Source of the DNA: Myxococcota bacterium
GTDB lineage: Bacteria; Myxococcota_A; UBA796; JAFGLY01
DNA length: 64,000 nucleotides
NCBI GenBank assembly: GCA_024276675.1
Contig: JAJRWT010000051.1
Location: 21,324 to 85,323, forward strand
Direction of reading: 5' to 3'
The notes under the pieces are model-generated. The model was given only the letters and a program-made list of their open reading frames with translations, was not told the origin of the DNA and did no database searches. Of this stretch, positions 23,509 through 32,747 are shown in pieces. The position numbers and the translations under genes are program-made. Positions within the stretch are counted from its first letter, which is position 1, and each line of letters starts with the position of its first letter.

Positions 23509-26157
23509 GTGAGCCCTCCGGCGCGTAGCGGCCCCAGGTCCGCAGCATCTGGAAGGAAGCGTGCCAGGACTTCCAGCAGAAAACCCGGAAAGGCCGGGCC
23601 AAAGAGCAGATCTGCATCTGCCGGTGGCCGTTCCGGCCCGCGGAAGACCCGCCCCTCGGCCACGAAGAAGAGCAGGAAGCCGTCGGCACGATCCTCCGGA
23701 AAGGTAACGAGTCGCGAGAGACGCGGAAGACGGAGTCCAGGAAGGGTATCGTCGTCCGGAAAGAGGAGATCAGGCAGGTCTCCTCGGCGTGGCTCCGGCA
23801 AATCCTCCCGTTCCTTTGCCTTGAAGGCCGCTGCGATCCTCTCGACCGGTGTGGCGTTGGGGATGGCCATCGTCGTCACGGCCCTGGTGCGAGAGGCCCA
23901 GAATACCGTGGAAGCCCGGCTTTCCGGGCAGGTGTGGAGCTTGCCGGGCAGGGTGTATTCAGCACCCCTCAAGATCTGGCCTGGCCTGGCCATGAGTCCT
24001 GGCGAGCTGGCCACCGACCTGAGATCGGCCGGATATACGCAAGTTGAAACCGCTCGGCAGGAAGGTGATTTTCAGGTTGGTGACAGCGCCATTCTCGTAA
24101 AGGGAAAGGAGGCATCGGGGCCGGGTTGGGCCGTCCCTGCCGGTGATGTCCTCGTAAATTTCCGGGGAACGCGGGTCTCCTCTGTAAGTCCCAGGTCACC
24201 CGCCACCTTCTCACCTGCGATCATGGCAACCCTTTCAGGGCCGTCAGCCCAGCGGAGGGAACTGGTTCCACTGGGCAGGATTCCCCACCAACTGCAACAG
24301 GCCGTCCTGGTCATGGAAGACCGTGATTTCCGCAAGCATTCTGGAATCAGCTTCGTGGGCGTGTGCAGGGCGGCATTGGTCAACACCCTGGCCGGAGAGA
24401 CCGTGCAAGGGGGCTCCACGATCACCCAGCAGCTTGCCAAAAACCTCTTTCTCAGTCCAGAACGGAGCTATGCCAGGAAGGCGCGCGAGGTATTCCTGGC
24501 CATGGCCATCGAGGACAGACTCTCCAAGGACGAGATCCTGGAACTGTACCTGAACGGTGTCTACCTGGGGCAGGCGGCAGGGCAGGCCATCCACGGTGTG
24601 GCCGAAGCCGCCAGAGTGTACTTTGGAAAGCAGGTGGAGCGGATTGATCTTGGCGAAGCTGCCACCCTGGCGGGCATCATAAGCGCTCCCAACGCCTATT
24701 CCCCTCTTCGGAACACAGAAAGAGCGAGGGAACGAAGAGACCTGGTACTCAGAAGACTGTTGGAAGATGGGCTGGTGGACGAAGCCCAGGAGAGCGCCGC
24801 CCGGCAGCAGGCGCTGCTGCTCCGGCCTACCAACCTGAGCAGTGGCGCCACCTGGGCTGTAGACTTGGCAGTGGATCTCGCCGAGGCCGCCCAGGGTGCT
24901 GGTTCAGTAACTGCTCGGGGTCTACGACTGGACACCACTCTACTGCCACCGCTACAGCGTCTGGCGAGCCAGGCGGTGAAAGAAGGACTGGCAGAGATAG
25001 AGACCAGGTACCCCAGAGCCAGGGGCGTGCAGGTGGCACTGTTGGCGTTGGAGGCCAGCACCGGTGAGATCATGGCCGTGGTGGGAGGTCGGGATTACTC
25101 CAGGTCCAGTTTCAACAGGGCCTTTTACGCAAAGCGGCAGCTTGGGTCGGTGGTGAAGCCGCTGACCCTCGTCGAGGCCCTGGACAAGGATCCCTCGTTG
25201 CACCTTTCCACGCTTCTGGACGACAAGCCCCTGGAGTTGAATGTTGGCGGCAGGACCTGGCGCCCCACCAACTACGACGGCAGATACGAGGGCAGGGTTA
25301 CGGTGCGCCGTGCCATTGTCCACAGCCGCAACGTTCCCTGTATCCATCTGGCCCGGCGTGTCGGCATGAAGAACCTGAAGAGCTTCTGGCTCTCCCTGGG
25401 CCTTGAAGGCGCCACAGCCCTGCCATCGGCCGCCCTGGGTGCTTTTGATGCCACGCCGGTCCAGGTGGCGTCGGCATATACGATATTCCCAAGCGGTGGG
25501 AGCAGGGCTGCCCCCTTTCTCCTGAGATCCATCTCGGAGCCCGACGGGCGTATGTTGTCCAGGAAGGCACATCGAGTCGTGCCGGCGGTTTCGGCCCGCG
25601 CCGCTTCCCTGGCACGCCAGGTCCTGTTGGACGTAATCAAGAGCGGCACAGGTGCATCCGCCTCTCGTTACGGTGTATCCGGGGCCGTCGGGGGAAAGAC
25701 CGGTACCACCGACAACGGGCGGGACGCCTGGTTTGTGGGTTTTTCGCCGGACCTCGTGGTGGCGGTATGGGTGGGTTTTGATCGTGGGGCTTCACACGGG
25801 CTCTCGGGGGCCAGGGCAGCGCTTCCAATCTGGGCCAGGTTCATGGAAGGCGTGGGTGCTTCGGGAGCCAGCTTTGGGGGTGGGGAACACCTGGTGAGCG
25901 TGAAAGTCTGTGTCGAGTCGCATGAACCCGCCACTGATGAGTGTCCCGAAACATACCTGGAATGGTTCGACTCTCGCAGGCTCCCCAAGGAGCACTGTCA
26001 ACTTCACGGCAGCGTCCATGGCATGGGCGAGCATGGGCAGCAGGATCCGGCGGGCAGCGCTCCGCAGTTCCAATCGCAGAAGGAACGCCTGGGACTGATA
26101 GGGAGACTACGCGAAAAACTGGGCAGAAAAAAAGAGCCGGGAGACGATGATCAGTAA
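23509..26157 (+). CDS. Class A penicillin-binding protein (GT51 glycosyltransferase + transpeptidase) with a long polybasic N-terminal tail
   Basis: GTG start. About 100 aa rich in R/K/S/P/G, then a TM segment (AAAILSTGVALGMAIVV). GT51 motifs EDRDFRKHSGI and GGSTITQQLAKN. Transpeptidase SVVKP (SxxK) and KTGTT. Confidence 0.92.
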   Translation: MSPPARSGPRSAASGRKRARTSSRKPGKAGPKSRSASAGGRSGPRKTRPSATKKSRKPSARSSGKVTSRERRGRRSPGRVSSSGKRRSGRSPRRGSGKSSRSFALKAAAILSTGVALGMAIVVTALVREAQNTVEARLSGQVWSLPGRVYSAPLKIWPGLAMSPGELATDLRSAGYTQVETARQEGDFQVGDSAILVKGKEASGPGWAVPAGDVLVNFRGTRVSSVSPRSPATFSPAIMATLSGPSAQRRELVPLGRIPHQLQQAVLVMEDRDFRKHSGISFVGVCRAALVNTLAGETVQGGSTITQQLAKNLFLSPERSYARKAREVFLAMAIEDRLSKDEILELYLNGVYLGQAAGQAIHGVAEAARVYFGKQVERIDLGEAATLAGIISAPNAYSPLRNTERARERRDLVLRRLLEDGLVDEAQESAARQQALLLRPTNLSSGATWAVDLAVDLAEAAQGAGSVTARGLRLDTTLLPPLQRLASQAVKEGLAEIETRYPRARGVQVALLALEASTGEIMAVVGGRDYSRSSFNRAFYAKRQLGSVVKPLTLVEALDKDPSLHLSTLLDDKPLELNVGGRTWRPTNYDGRYEGRVTVRRAIVHSRNVPCIHLARRVGMKNLKSFWLSLGLEGATALPSAALGAFDATPVQVASAYTIFPSGGSRAAPFLLRSISEPDGRMLSRKAHRVVPAVSARAASLARQVLLDVIKSGTGASASRYGVSGAVGGKTGTTDNGRDAWFVGFSPDLVVAVWVGFDRGASHGLSGARAALPIWARFMEGVGASGASFGGGEHLVSVKVCVESHEPATDECPETYLEWFDSRRLPKEHCQLHGSVHGMGEHGQQDPAGSAPQFQSQKERLGLIGRLREKLGRKKEPGDDDQ

Positions 26158-26182
26158 CGGATCTTGTGGGCAGGCCGGCGTT

Positions 26183-27688
26183 CTAGTCCGTCGGAGCGGG
26201 GTTGTAGAGATCTTCGGCAAAAGAAAAATAGGCAAAGGGCCCCCCGACGTAGGAGTTCAGCCGCCAGACCAGTTCCCCCTCCATTGTTACTTCATCGATT
26301 TGACCGGCCGAGCCGAAGTTGACCAGGGTATTGCCCGAGTCGAAACGCAGGACATCACCGAAAGCAAATGAAAACCGTGGGGGATCCGAGTAGTACTCCC
26401 AGGCTGTCGTGGCTGTTTTCAGGTTGGAATCCAGGGACAGCTCCAGGGCACGGGATTCGGGGAACTCGCTGGCCTGGCCAGAGTCCTCGGGGGCATCGTC
26501 GGGGTCCAGGGGGTCTTCCACTTCGCCGTTGTCGAACAGGAGAATGGATTCTCCGCCGTTCAAGACGACGAAGCCATGTTGGTAGTGGAAGACCGAGTCC
26601 GATTCCAGGATGAAGTCATCGCTCCCATCTCCCAGCATCCACAGGATCTCTCCAGAAGATCTCGATATTTTGATGATGGCGTTGTAGGTGTGGAGAGATA
26701 GATAGTAGGCGTCTTCATCGGCATCGTATTCCATGGCGTTGGCGTGTGTCCATCCCGTGGCGACCGAGTATGGGTACTTACCGAATTCAATGGTATCCCA
26801 GGCTGACCAGACACAGGAAATTGTCCCATCCACCGCACGTTCCAGGATCTGGTCGGCGAAGTACATCGTTCCTTCATAGTCACGGAAGTCGTATGCGATC
26901 CAGGCCAATGTGCCGTCGGGAAGCTCCGTGAAGTCGTGGTGCATGTGGGGGGCGTCGTATTCTTCCAGGGAAAGTCCATCCAGGGATCTACGAACTATCT
27001 TGGCATGTTTTGTGTTTTCTTCGTCGCGCAAGGAGGCGAAGGAATAGCGGTAGAGGCCGTAGAGCACCGAACTGCCGTCATGGGAGAAGAGGGTCGTGGT
27101 GGCGGCCATGTTGTCTTCTTCGTCTTCTTCGGTCGCCCACCAGACGTAGTGGCCACCACGGTCAAGGATGAAGACTATCAGGGGTTCGTTGGAAAAAGAT
27201 GAGAGCAGGAAACCATCTTTCCAGGAGTCCGATGCCAGGTCTTCCACGCTGATCTGTACGAAATCCGACGGGCTTGTGCAGGTGGAAACCTGGTCTTGCA
27301 CGGTCCCGATGGTCTGGCCGTCCATCTGGGCCACGATCTCGTAGTCGTAGGTGTAGCCAGCGGCCAGTCCCAACAAGGTGGCAGTGAAGACAGGGCCTTC
27401 ATCGCTGGTTTCGGTCTTGGTGGCCTGTACGGTTCGTTCCTCGGAAAAGGTGTTCCAGTACCGTACCTGGCTTGAGATTGCGGAATCGTCGCCATCGTAG
27501 AGCACAGTCCATTGGAAACGAGTGATGGTGCAGATTTCGGGATCCGTTTCCACCTGAAGCGCCTCTATTACGGATGATGACGCCGGATAGGCCGAATCTC
27601 CCTGCGACTGGTGCCCGCAGTCGAGAGAGAAGAAAACTGCAAGCAGCAGGCAGGGGCGGGTCGAGCAAGGGGCTCTTCCATCTGGCAT
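26183..27688 (-). CDS. Arylsulfotransferase (ASST)-like beta-propeller protein, exported (paralog 1)
   Basis: AAGGAG lies 6 nt before ATG 27688. Signal peptide. HHDFTELPDGTLAW, GWTHANAMEYDADEDAYYLSLHTYNAIIKISRSSGEILWMLG, YQHGFVVLNGG. Confidence 0.75.
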   Translation of the reverse strand: MPDGRAPCSTRPCLLLAVFFSLDCGHQSQGDSAYPASSSVIEALQVETDPEICTITRFQWTVLYDGDDSAISSQVRYWNTFSEERTVQATKTETSDEGPVFTATLLGLAAGYTYDYEIVAQMDGQTIGTVQDQVSTCTSPSDFVQISVEDLASDSWKDGFLLSSFSNEPLIVFILDRGGHYVWWATEEDEEDNMAATTTLFSHDGSSVLYGLYRYSFASLRDEENTKHAKIVRRSLDGLSLEEYDAPHMHHDFTELPDGTLAWIAYDFRDYEGTMYFADQILERAVDGTISCVWSAWDTIEFGKYPYSVATGWTHANAMEYDADEDAYYLSLHTYNAIIKISRSSGEILWMLGDGSDDFILESDSVFHYQHGFVVLNGGESILLFDNGEVEDPLDPDDAPEDSGQASEFPESRALELSLDSNLKTATTAWEYYSDPPRFSFAFGDVLRFDSGNTLVNFGSAGQIDEVTMEGELVWRLNSYVGGPFAYFSFAEDLYNPAPTD

Positions 27689-27878
27689 ACAGGCTCCTTT
27701 CTTGGATACTCGACAGCCAACTGGAGAAAATACTTACCTATCCCATGAGCTGCAAAGAGCCATCGGAGCACCTTTGCACTGTGATCGCCAGCCGGAAGAC
27801 AGCATGGTATCTTTCGCCCGTTCCAGCACTGCGGATTGGAAGCTCGCCTTGCAAACCAGACCTGTACAGGAGTTCGAC

Positions 27879-29258
27879 ATGGTGAGGACAGAAACGGCCC
27901 TACTGATAACAGGTGCGATGGTGTTTTCGGGTCTGGCATGTACCCGCGGCTCTGCTGATTTCAATCTGGAGATTTCCACCAGCGAGGACATGGTTACATT
28001 GATTCGGGCCAACTGGCAGACCGACCAGGCGGGAGTATCATGGGTCGATTTCGGCAGGGACGGGGAGTTGGGTTTCTCCACGCCCCAAGAGGAAGAGCCC
28101 TCCACGGAACATCAGTTCACCTTGTTGGGGATGCACCCTCTCGACAACGTGGCCATCGAGGCTTTTACCCAGGTGGATGGGCTTACCATGAGTGTAGGTG
28201 GCCAGGTGACCATACCCAACGCTCCTTCATCCCTGCCGGACCTGGAGGTGACGGTATACGACCCCGAGCGCATGGATGCCGCACCCTATGTACTGGGGGT
28301 GACCCAGGGGAGCAACCTCATCTTCGGGATGGACCGTGAAGCCAACTGGCTCTGGTACAAGGACTTGGGAGACGACTACTGCAGTTTCGAACTTGAGCCT
28401 TCCCCAGATGGCAAGAGCCTGTTCTACAACGTATTCGCCTACCCATTCACCACCGAAATGGGCGCCTTCGCCACCCATGCCTTTGATGACTCCCAGTACG
28501 ACGAAATCGTGACCGACGGAGCACACCATTCATTTGCCGTTCTGCCTGACGGAACCGTGGGCTTCATCATCGCCGATATCCAGGACTGGCTGAATCCCGA
28601 GACCTCGAAGTACGAGTCGGTCGTGGGCGACACCATCACGGAGTTGGCACCCGATGGCTCGTGGACCGAGGTCTACAACACCTGGGGCACGCTGGAAGTG
28701 GTCCCACACGATTCCTGGAACGTGGTCTTCTATACCGAAGGTCATGACTGGACCCATGGCAACAGCCTGTATTACTACGAAGACACCAACACCTACCTGC
28801 TATCGCTGGGCAACATAGATCTCGTGCTGGAAGTGGATCGGGCCACCGGCGACATCCTCCGGAGTTTCGGGCCTGACGGGGAGTACACCTTTGCCGAGGG
28901 CACGGAACCTTTCGACTTCCAACATGATGTTCATTGGACCGACGATGGCAACCTCATCATGACCACCATGCTCGATGGTACACGCATCATCGCTGCCGAG
29001 TACTCGGTGGACGAGTCCACGAAAACCATGACCCGGATCTGGTCGCACGGTGAAGACGACACCTTCTACGCCATCGCCCTTGGACAGGCCTCCAGACTTC
29101 CCAACGGCAACACTCTCGTGAGCTTTGGAACGGCCGGCACTATGCGTGAAGTCACTCCGGAAGGCGACATAGTGTGGGAAGTTCAGGGCGACGTGGGCAT
29201 GTGGTTCAGCAAGGTCATCCTTGTGGACGACCTGTACAACATTCAATGGGAGCAATGA
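27879..29258 (+). CDS. Arylsulfotransferase (ASST)-like beta-propeller protein, exported (paralog 2)
   Basis: Start at ATG 27879 after CAGGAG: MVRTETALLITGAMVFSGLAC. HHSFAVLPDGTVGF, GHDWTHGNSLYYYEDTNTYLLSLGNIDLVLEVDRATGDILRSFG, FQHDVHWTDDGNLIM. Confidence 0.78.
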   Translation: MVRTETALLITGAMVFSGLACTRGSADFNLEISTSEDMVTLIRANWQTDQAGVSWVDFGRDGELGFSTPQEEEPSTEHQFTLLGMHPLDNVAIEAFTQVDGLTMSVGGQVTIPNAPSSLPDLEVTVYDPERMDAAPYVLGVTQGSNLIFGMDREANWLWYKDLGDDYCSFELEPSPDGKSLFYNVFAYPFTTEMGAFATHAFDDSQYDEIVTDGAHHSFAVLPDGTVGFIIADIQDWLNPETSKYESVVGDTITELAPDGSWTEVYNTWGTLEVVPHDSWNVVFYTEGHDWTHGNSLYYYEDTNTYLLSLGNIDLVLEVDRATGDILRSFGPDGEYTFAEGTEPFDFQHDVHWTDDGNLIMTTMLDGTRIIAAEYSVDESTKTMTRIWSHGEDDTFYAIALGQASRLPNGNTLVSFGTAGTMREVTPEGDIVWEVQGDVGMWFSKVILVDDLYNIQWEQ

Positions 29259-29442
29259 GTACTGGCTTCGCCATCATGTCGCTCCGACAGGACTCTTCAA
29301 CATAGATGCTCGGAATCGACCGCCAATTTCATGGATACGGGTATCGCCAGCGGCCGAACCCCGTGGTATCCTCCTTGCCCCTCCGGAATGCTGAATTGTA
29401 AATAGCGCAAAGGCGCCTTCCTTATTGCCTCATGAGGTAACT

Positions 29443-30843
29443 ATGTCCCGTCTGCCCTTCTACTCCCCCTTCCTGATCCCAACCCTGTTTTCCGCGCTTG
29501 TCTTGGGCTCCTCCGGCTGCAGGAACGAAAACGGTACCGGCTCCCTGGACATCGAACTATCCATCAACCCGGACGTGGCAACCCTGGTGGAGGTCACCTG
29601 GCAGACAAGCGACCCCGGAGTCTCGTGGGTGGAATATGGAACCACCGAGGGCAGCTACGAGTATTCGACCCCCACGACGCAAGAAGAATCCACCGAACAT
29701 TTCTTCACACTTTATGGTATTCCGCCGCTCACCGACGTCTACCTGGAGGCATTTACCCAGACGGCCGATGCCACCTTGAGCGCTACGGGCGAGATCAGCA
29801 CCAACAACGTGCCATCAACCCTTCCCGACATGGACGTGACCGTCTACGACGCCGATCTGGCCTATGACTGTCCCTACATCATCGGTGTCATCCAAGGCGA
29901 AAAGAACCTGGTATTCGCCATGAACCGGGAGGGTGAGTGGCTCTGGTACCATGACCTAGGAGCCACCACCGCCAGCTTCGATCTCCAGTTCGACGTTGAT
30001 GGCAGTGGTGTGATCTACAACTACTTCGACTGGCCGGTTTCGTTCGGCGGTGCATGGCTTGGGCGCGAAAGCCTGGACCGAAGTGAATTTCAGGAAATCG
30101 ATACCGAGGGCGCTCATCATGCGTTTGCGCAACTGCCCGATGGAACATTGGCGGTAATAAAGGCCGAGGGAGGCGAGTGGTTCAACGAAGAGACCCAGGA
30201 ACCCGAACCGACCATCGGTGATGGCATATATGAACTTTCGCCGGATGGAGTCTGGACCAACATTTTCAGTGTCTGGGACTGGATCGAGCCTGAGCCCAAT
30301 GCATATTGGGATCTGGATTTCTACGGTGCCGGGCACGATTGGACCCACGGAAACGCACTCTACTACTACAGCGATACTGACACCTATCTCATGTCCATGG
30401 GGCACCTGGACATGGTGGTGGAGATACAGCGTTCGACCGGCGAAGTACTGCGTACTTTCGGCGGCGCCGGGGAATATTCCGTGGTGGACGGTGCTCCGGC
30501 ATTCTACTTTCAGCACGATGCCCACTGGCTCGACAACGGTAACCTGATCATGACCTCGCACTACAACGAGGAAGGGGATTTCATGGCCGCCGAATACGAA
30601 GTAGACGACACGGCCAAGACTCTCACCGAAGTATGGTCATACGGCCAGGACCAGTTCATATACTCCCTGGCCATGGGTCAGGCCATACGCCTGGACAACG
30701 GGAGTACACTCGTCAACTTCGGCTATGCTGGCCTGCTGCGGGAAGTGACGACCGATGACCAGATAGCTTGGGAAGCGACCGGCGATGTAGGCGCATGGTA
30801 TGGGAGTATCCGTTACCTGCAGGATTTCTACGAGTTGGAGTAG
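29443..30843 (+). CDS. Arylsulfotransferase (ASST)-like beta-propeller protein, exported (paralog 3)
   Basis: MSRLPFYSPFLIPTLFSALVLGSSGC. Collinear with paralog 2: HHAFAQLPDGTLAV, GHDWTHGNALYYYSDTDTYLMSMGHLDMVVEIQRSTGEVLRTFG, FQHDAHWLDNGNLIM. Confidence 0.78.
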   Translation: MSRLPFYSPFLIPTLFSALVLGSSGCRNENGTGSLDIELSINPDVATLVEVTWQTSDPGVSWVEYGTTEGSYEYSTPTTQEESTEHFFTLYGIPPLTDVYLEAFTQTADATLSATGEISTNNVPSTLPDMDVTVYDADLAYDCPYIIGVIQGEKNLVFAMNREGEWLWYHDLGATTASFDLQFDVDGSGVIYNYFDWPVSFGGAWLGRESLDRSEFQEIDTEGAHHAFAQLPDGTLAVIKAEGGEWFNEETQEPEPTIGDGIYELSPDGVWTNIFSVWDWIEPEPNAYWDLDFYGAGHDWTHGNALYYYSDTDTYLMSMGHLDMVVEIQRSTGEVLRTFGGAGEYSVVDGAPAFYFQHDAHWLDNGNLIMTSHYNEEGDFMAAEYEVDDTAKTLTEVWSYGQDQFIYSLAMGQAIRLDNGSTLVNFGYAGLLREVTTDDQIAWEATGDVGAWYGSIRYLQDFYELE

Positions 30844-31331
30844 GGGCTGGGATGTTGCCTCCGCAACCATGGCGGATGGCAGATCTCGCAGAACTCGCAT
30901 ATCCATCAGCACCTAGAGGAGCCGAGGAATGGCTGGGCAAACCAAGGGCACACTCGGGGAGAGCGAGATCTCGTGGGTCGTGCTGGATGGCCCGGCCATC
31001 GTCGAACTCGAGCCCAAACGTTTCCAACAGCCCGGACAGGGTTCGCCAGATGAAGTACTCCGTGGTCGACAGGAATGATAGCGGCTGAAGGCGTGTTGAA
31101 GAGCCGCGTGCTCCTCGCAATGCGGTACCGCGGCTCCCGGTGATTCCCTGTTACGAGGGGCGACGCCGTTTTTTTCCGGTTGGAGAGGTTTCCTGCCTGT
31201 ATTGGCATCGTGGTGTCGTGTTGTCTGCCATTCATGGGGTACACCAGCCTGTGACCATGGCATCTTCCATGTCTTTCATGGACAGCAATGAACCCCCATG
31301 TCCAGGAGCAGGATGGCAGCCCGGTGTACGG

Positions 31332-32705
31332 ATGATCCTTATGAGATTTCGCGGCAAAGCATATCTCGTGAACGCAATTCTCCTGGCGTGTCTTCTCGTT
31401 TGGGCGCCATTGGTTGCCGCCCAGGATCTGTCGGAGGTGTTGCGCAGCGCTGGCTTGAGCCCGCTGCAACCCGCCACTCCCGCATCTGATTTCACTCTTC
31501 CAAACATCGACGGCGGAGAGCAATCGCTCTCCGAAATGCATGGGAAGTGGGTGCTTCTCACGTTTTTTGCCACATGGTGTGGCCCCTGTGCCTCCGAGAT
31601 GCCCTCGCTTCAGGATCTTCATCGCTCATTGGCCGATGAAGGTCTGGTGGTGATGGCCGTGTCCACGGACCGTTCGTCTTCACAGGTCGTGGATTACATT
31701 CGCAACAGGGCATTGACCTTTCCCGTGCTCCTGGACTCGGAGGGTCGCGTTGCCAGAGCATATGGTGCCAGCGCGATACCCCTGAGCTATCTCATAGATC
31801 CTTCTGGCCTAATGGTAGGCATGGCCCGTGGAGCCCATGACTGGGGTGGTTTCAAGCTGCTGTTCGACGAAATAGCCTCGACTTCGGCCGCGGGGTCCAC
31901 GACGTCGTCGGCCTACAGGCCCCAGGCAGAGCCGGTGGAACTGCCCGATGGCATCGAGCCACCCACTGCCCAGGCCAGTCTCCAGCCCCAGCAGGTCAGG
32001 CCGGGCCAAAAGGTGGTCTTGAAGGTCGAAGTTCACTGGAACGGCGATATACGGGATTATTCGGTGCTTCCCCCGAAGGTGGATCTGCCCGAAGGGCTGG
32101 AGCAGACAGGCACGTCGGCCAGCAGCGACAGCCTGGGCGGGCGGCAGTTGATCGTTTACGAGATCGGCCTTTTGGCCCGGCAGGAGGGGGACTACTCCCT
32201 GGATCCGCTTGAAGTGCGCTACCTGCCATATGGGAGCAAAGAACCTCTGGTGGCACGAGTTCAGGGCCCGACCCTGGAGGTATTGAAGCACTCCTGGCAC
32301 GATGTAGCGCCCTGGACGCTACTTCTTGGTTGCACTCTCTCACTGGCAGTGCTGCTGGGAGTCGTGCTGCTGCTTCGCCGGCGCCAGACCTCGACGAGCC
32401 CACCGCCCACGGAACCGGGTCAGGAACTGAAGGCAGCCATTCATGAAGCCCATGCTCGTCGTGTGGCGGGTGACATCGACGGGTTCGTATCTGTCCTGCT
32501 TCCAGCATTGTCCGGGATCGATGCTGATTCCACCACAACGGGCATTCTGCGACAGTGGCGGGATCGTGTGCGATACGGAGGATTCGCGCCCAGTGCACAG
32601 GATCTCGATCAGGTCGAGCGTCAGGCTCGGCAGGTGTTGAAGGTGTTGCTGGCATCGCGGGATTCCAGCAAGGAGCAATCATTTTCCCATGAACAAGAAG
32701 ATTGA
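31332..32705 (+). CDS. Fusion protein: TlpA-like thioredoxin (WCGPC), BatD-like beta-sandwich, one TM segment and a helical cytoplasmic tail
   Basis: Signal peptide MILMRFRGKAYLVNAILLACLLVWAPLVAA. FTLPNIDGGEQSLSEMHGKWVLLTFFATWCGPCASEMP (WCGPC at 31575-31589). Then VVLKVEVHW...YSLDPLEVRYLPYG..., TM WTLLLGCTLSLAVLLGVVLLL, and tail ...RVRYGGFAPS. Confidence 0.75.
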   Translation: MILMRFRGKAYLVNAILLACLLVWAPLVAAQDLSEVLRSAGLSPLQPATPASDFTLPNIDGGEQSLSEMHGKWVLLTFFATWCGPCASEMPSLQDLHRSLADEGLVVMAVSTDRSSSQVVDYIRNRALTFPVLLDSEGRVARAYGASAIPLSYLIDPSGLMVGMARGAHDWGGFKLLFDEIASTSAAGSTTSSAYRPQAEPVELPDGIEPPTAQASLQPQQVRPGQKVVLKVEVHWNGDIRDYSVLPPKVDLPEGLEQTGTSASSDSLGGRQLIVYEIGLLARQEGDYSLDPLEVRYLPYGSKEPLVARVQGPTLEVLKHSWHDVAPWTLLLGCTLSLAVLLGVVLLLRRRQTSTSPPPTEPGQELKAAIHEAHARRVAGDIDGFVSVLLPALSGIDADSTTTGILRQWRDRVRYGGFAPSAQDLDQVERQARQVLKVLLASRDSSKEQSFSHEQED

Positions 32706-32747
32706 ACCGCATCGAACGAGGAAGACCGAAAAAGAGGGGAACAGCAG

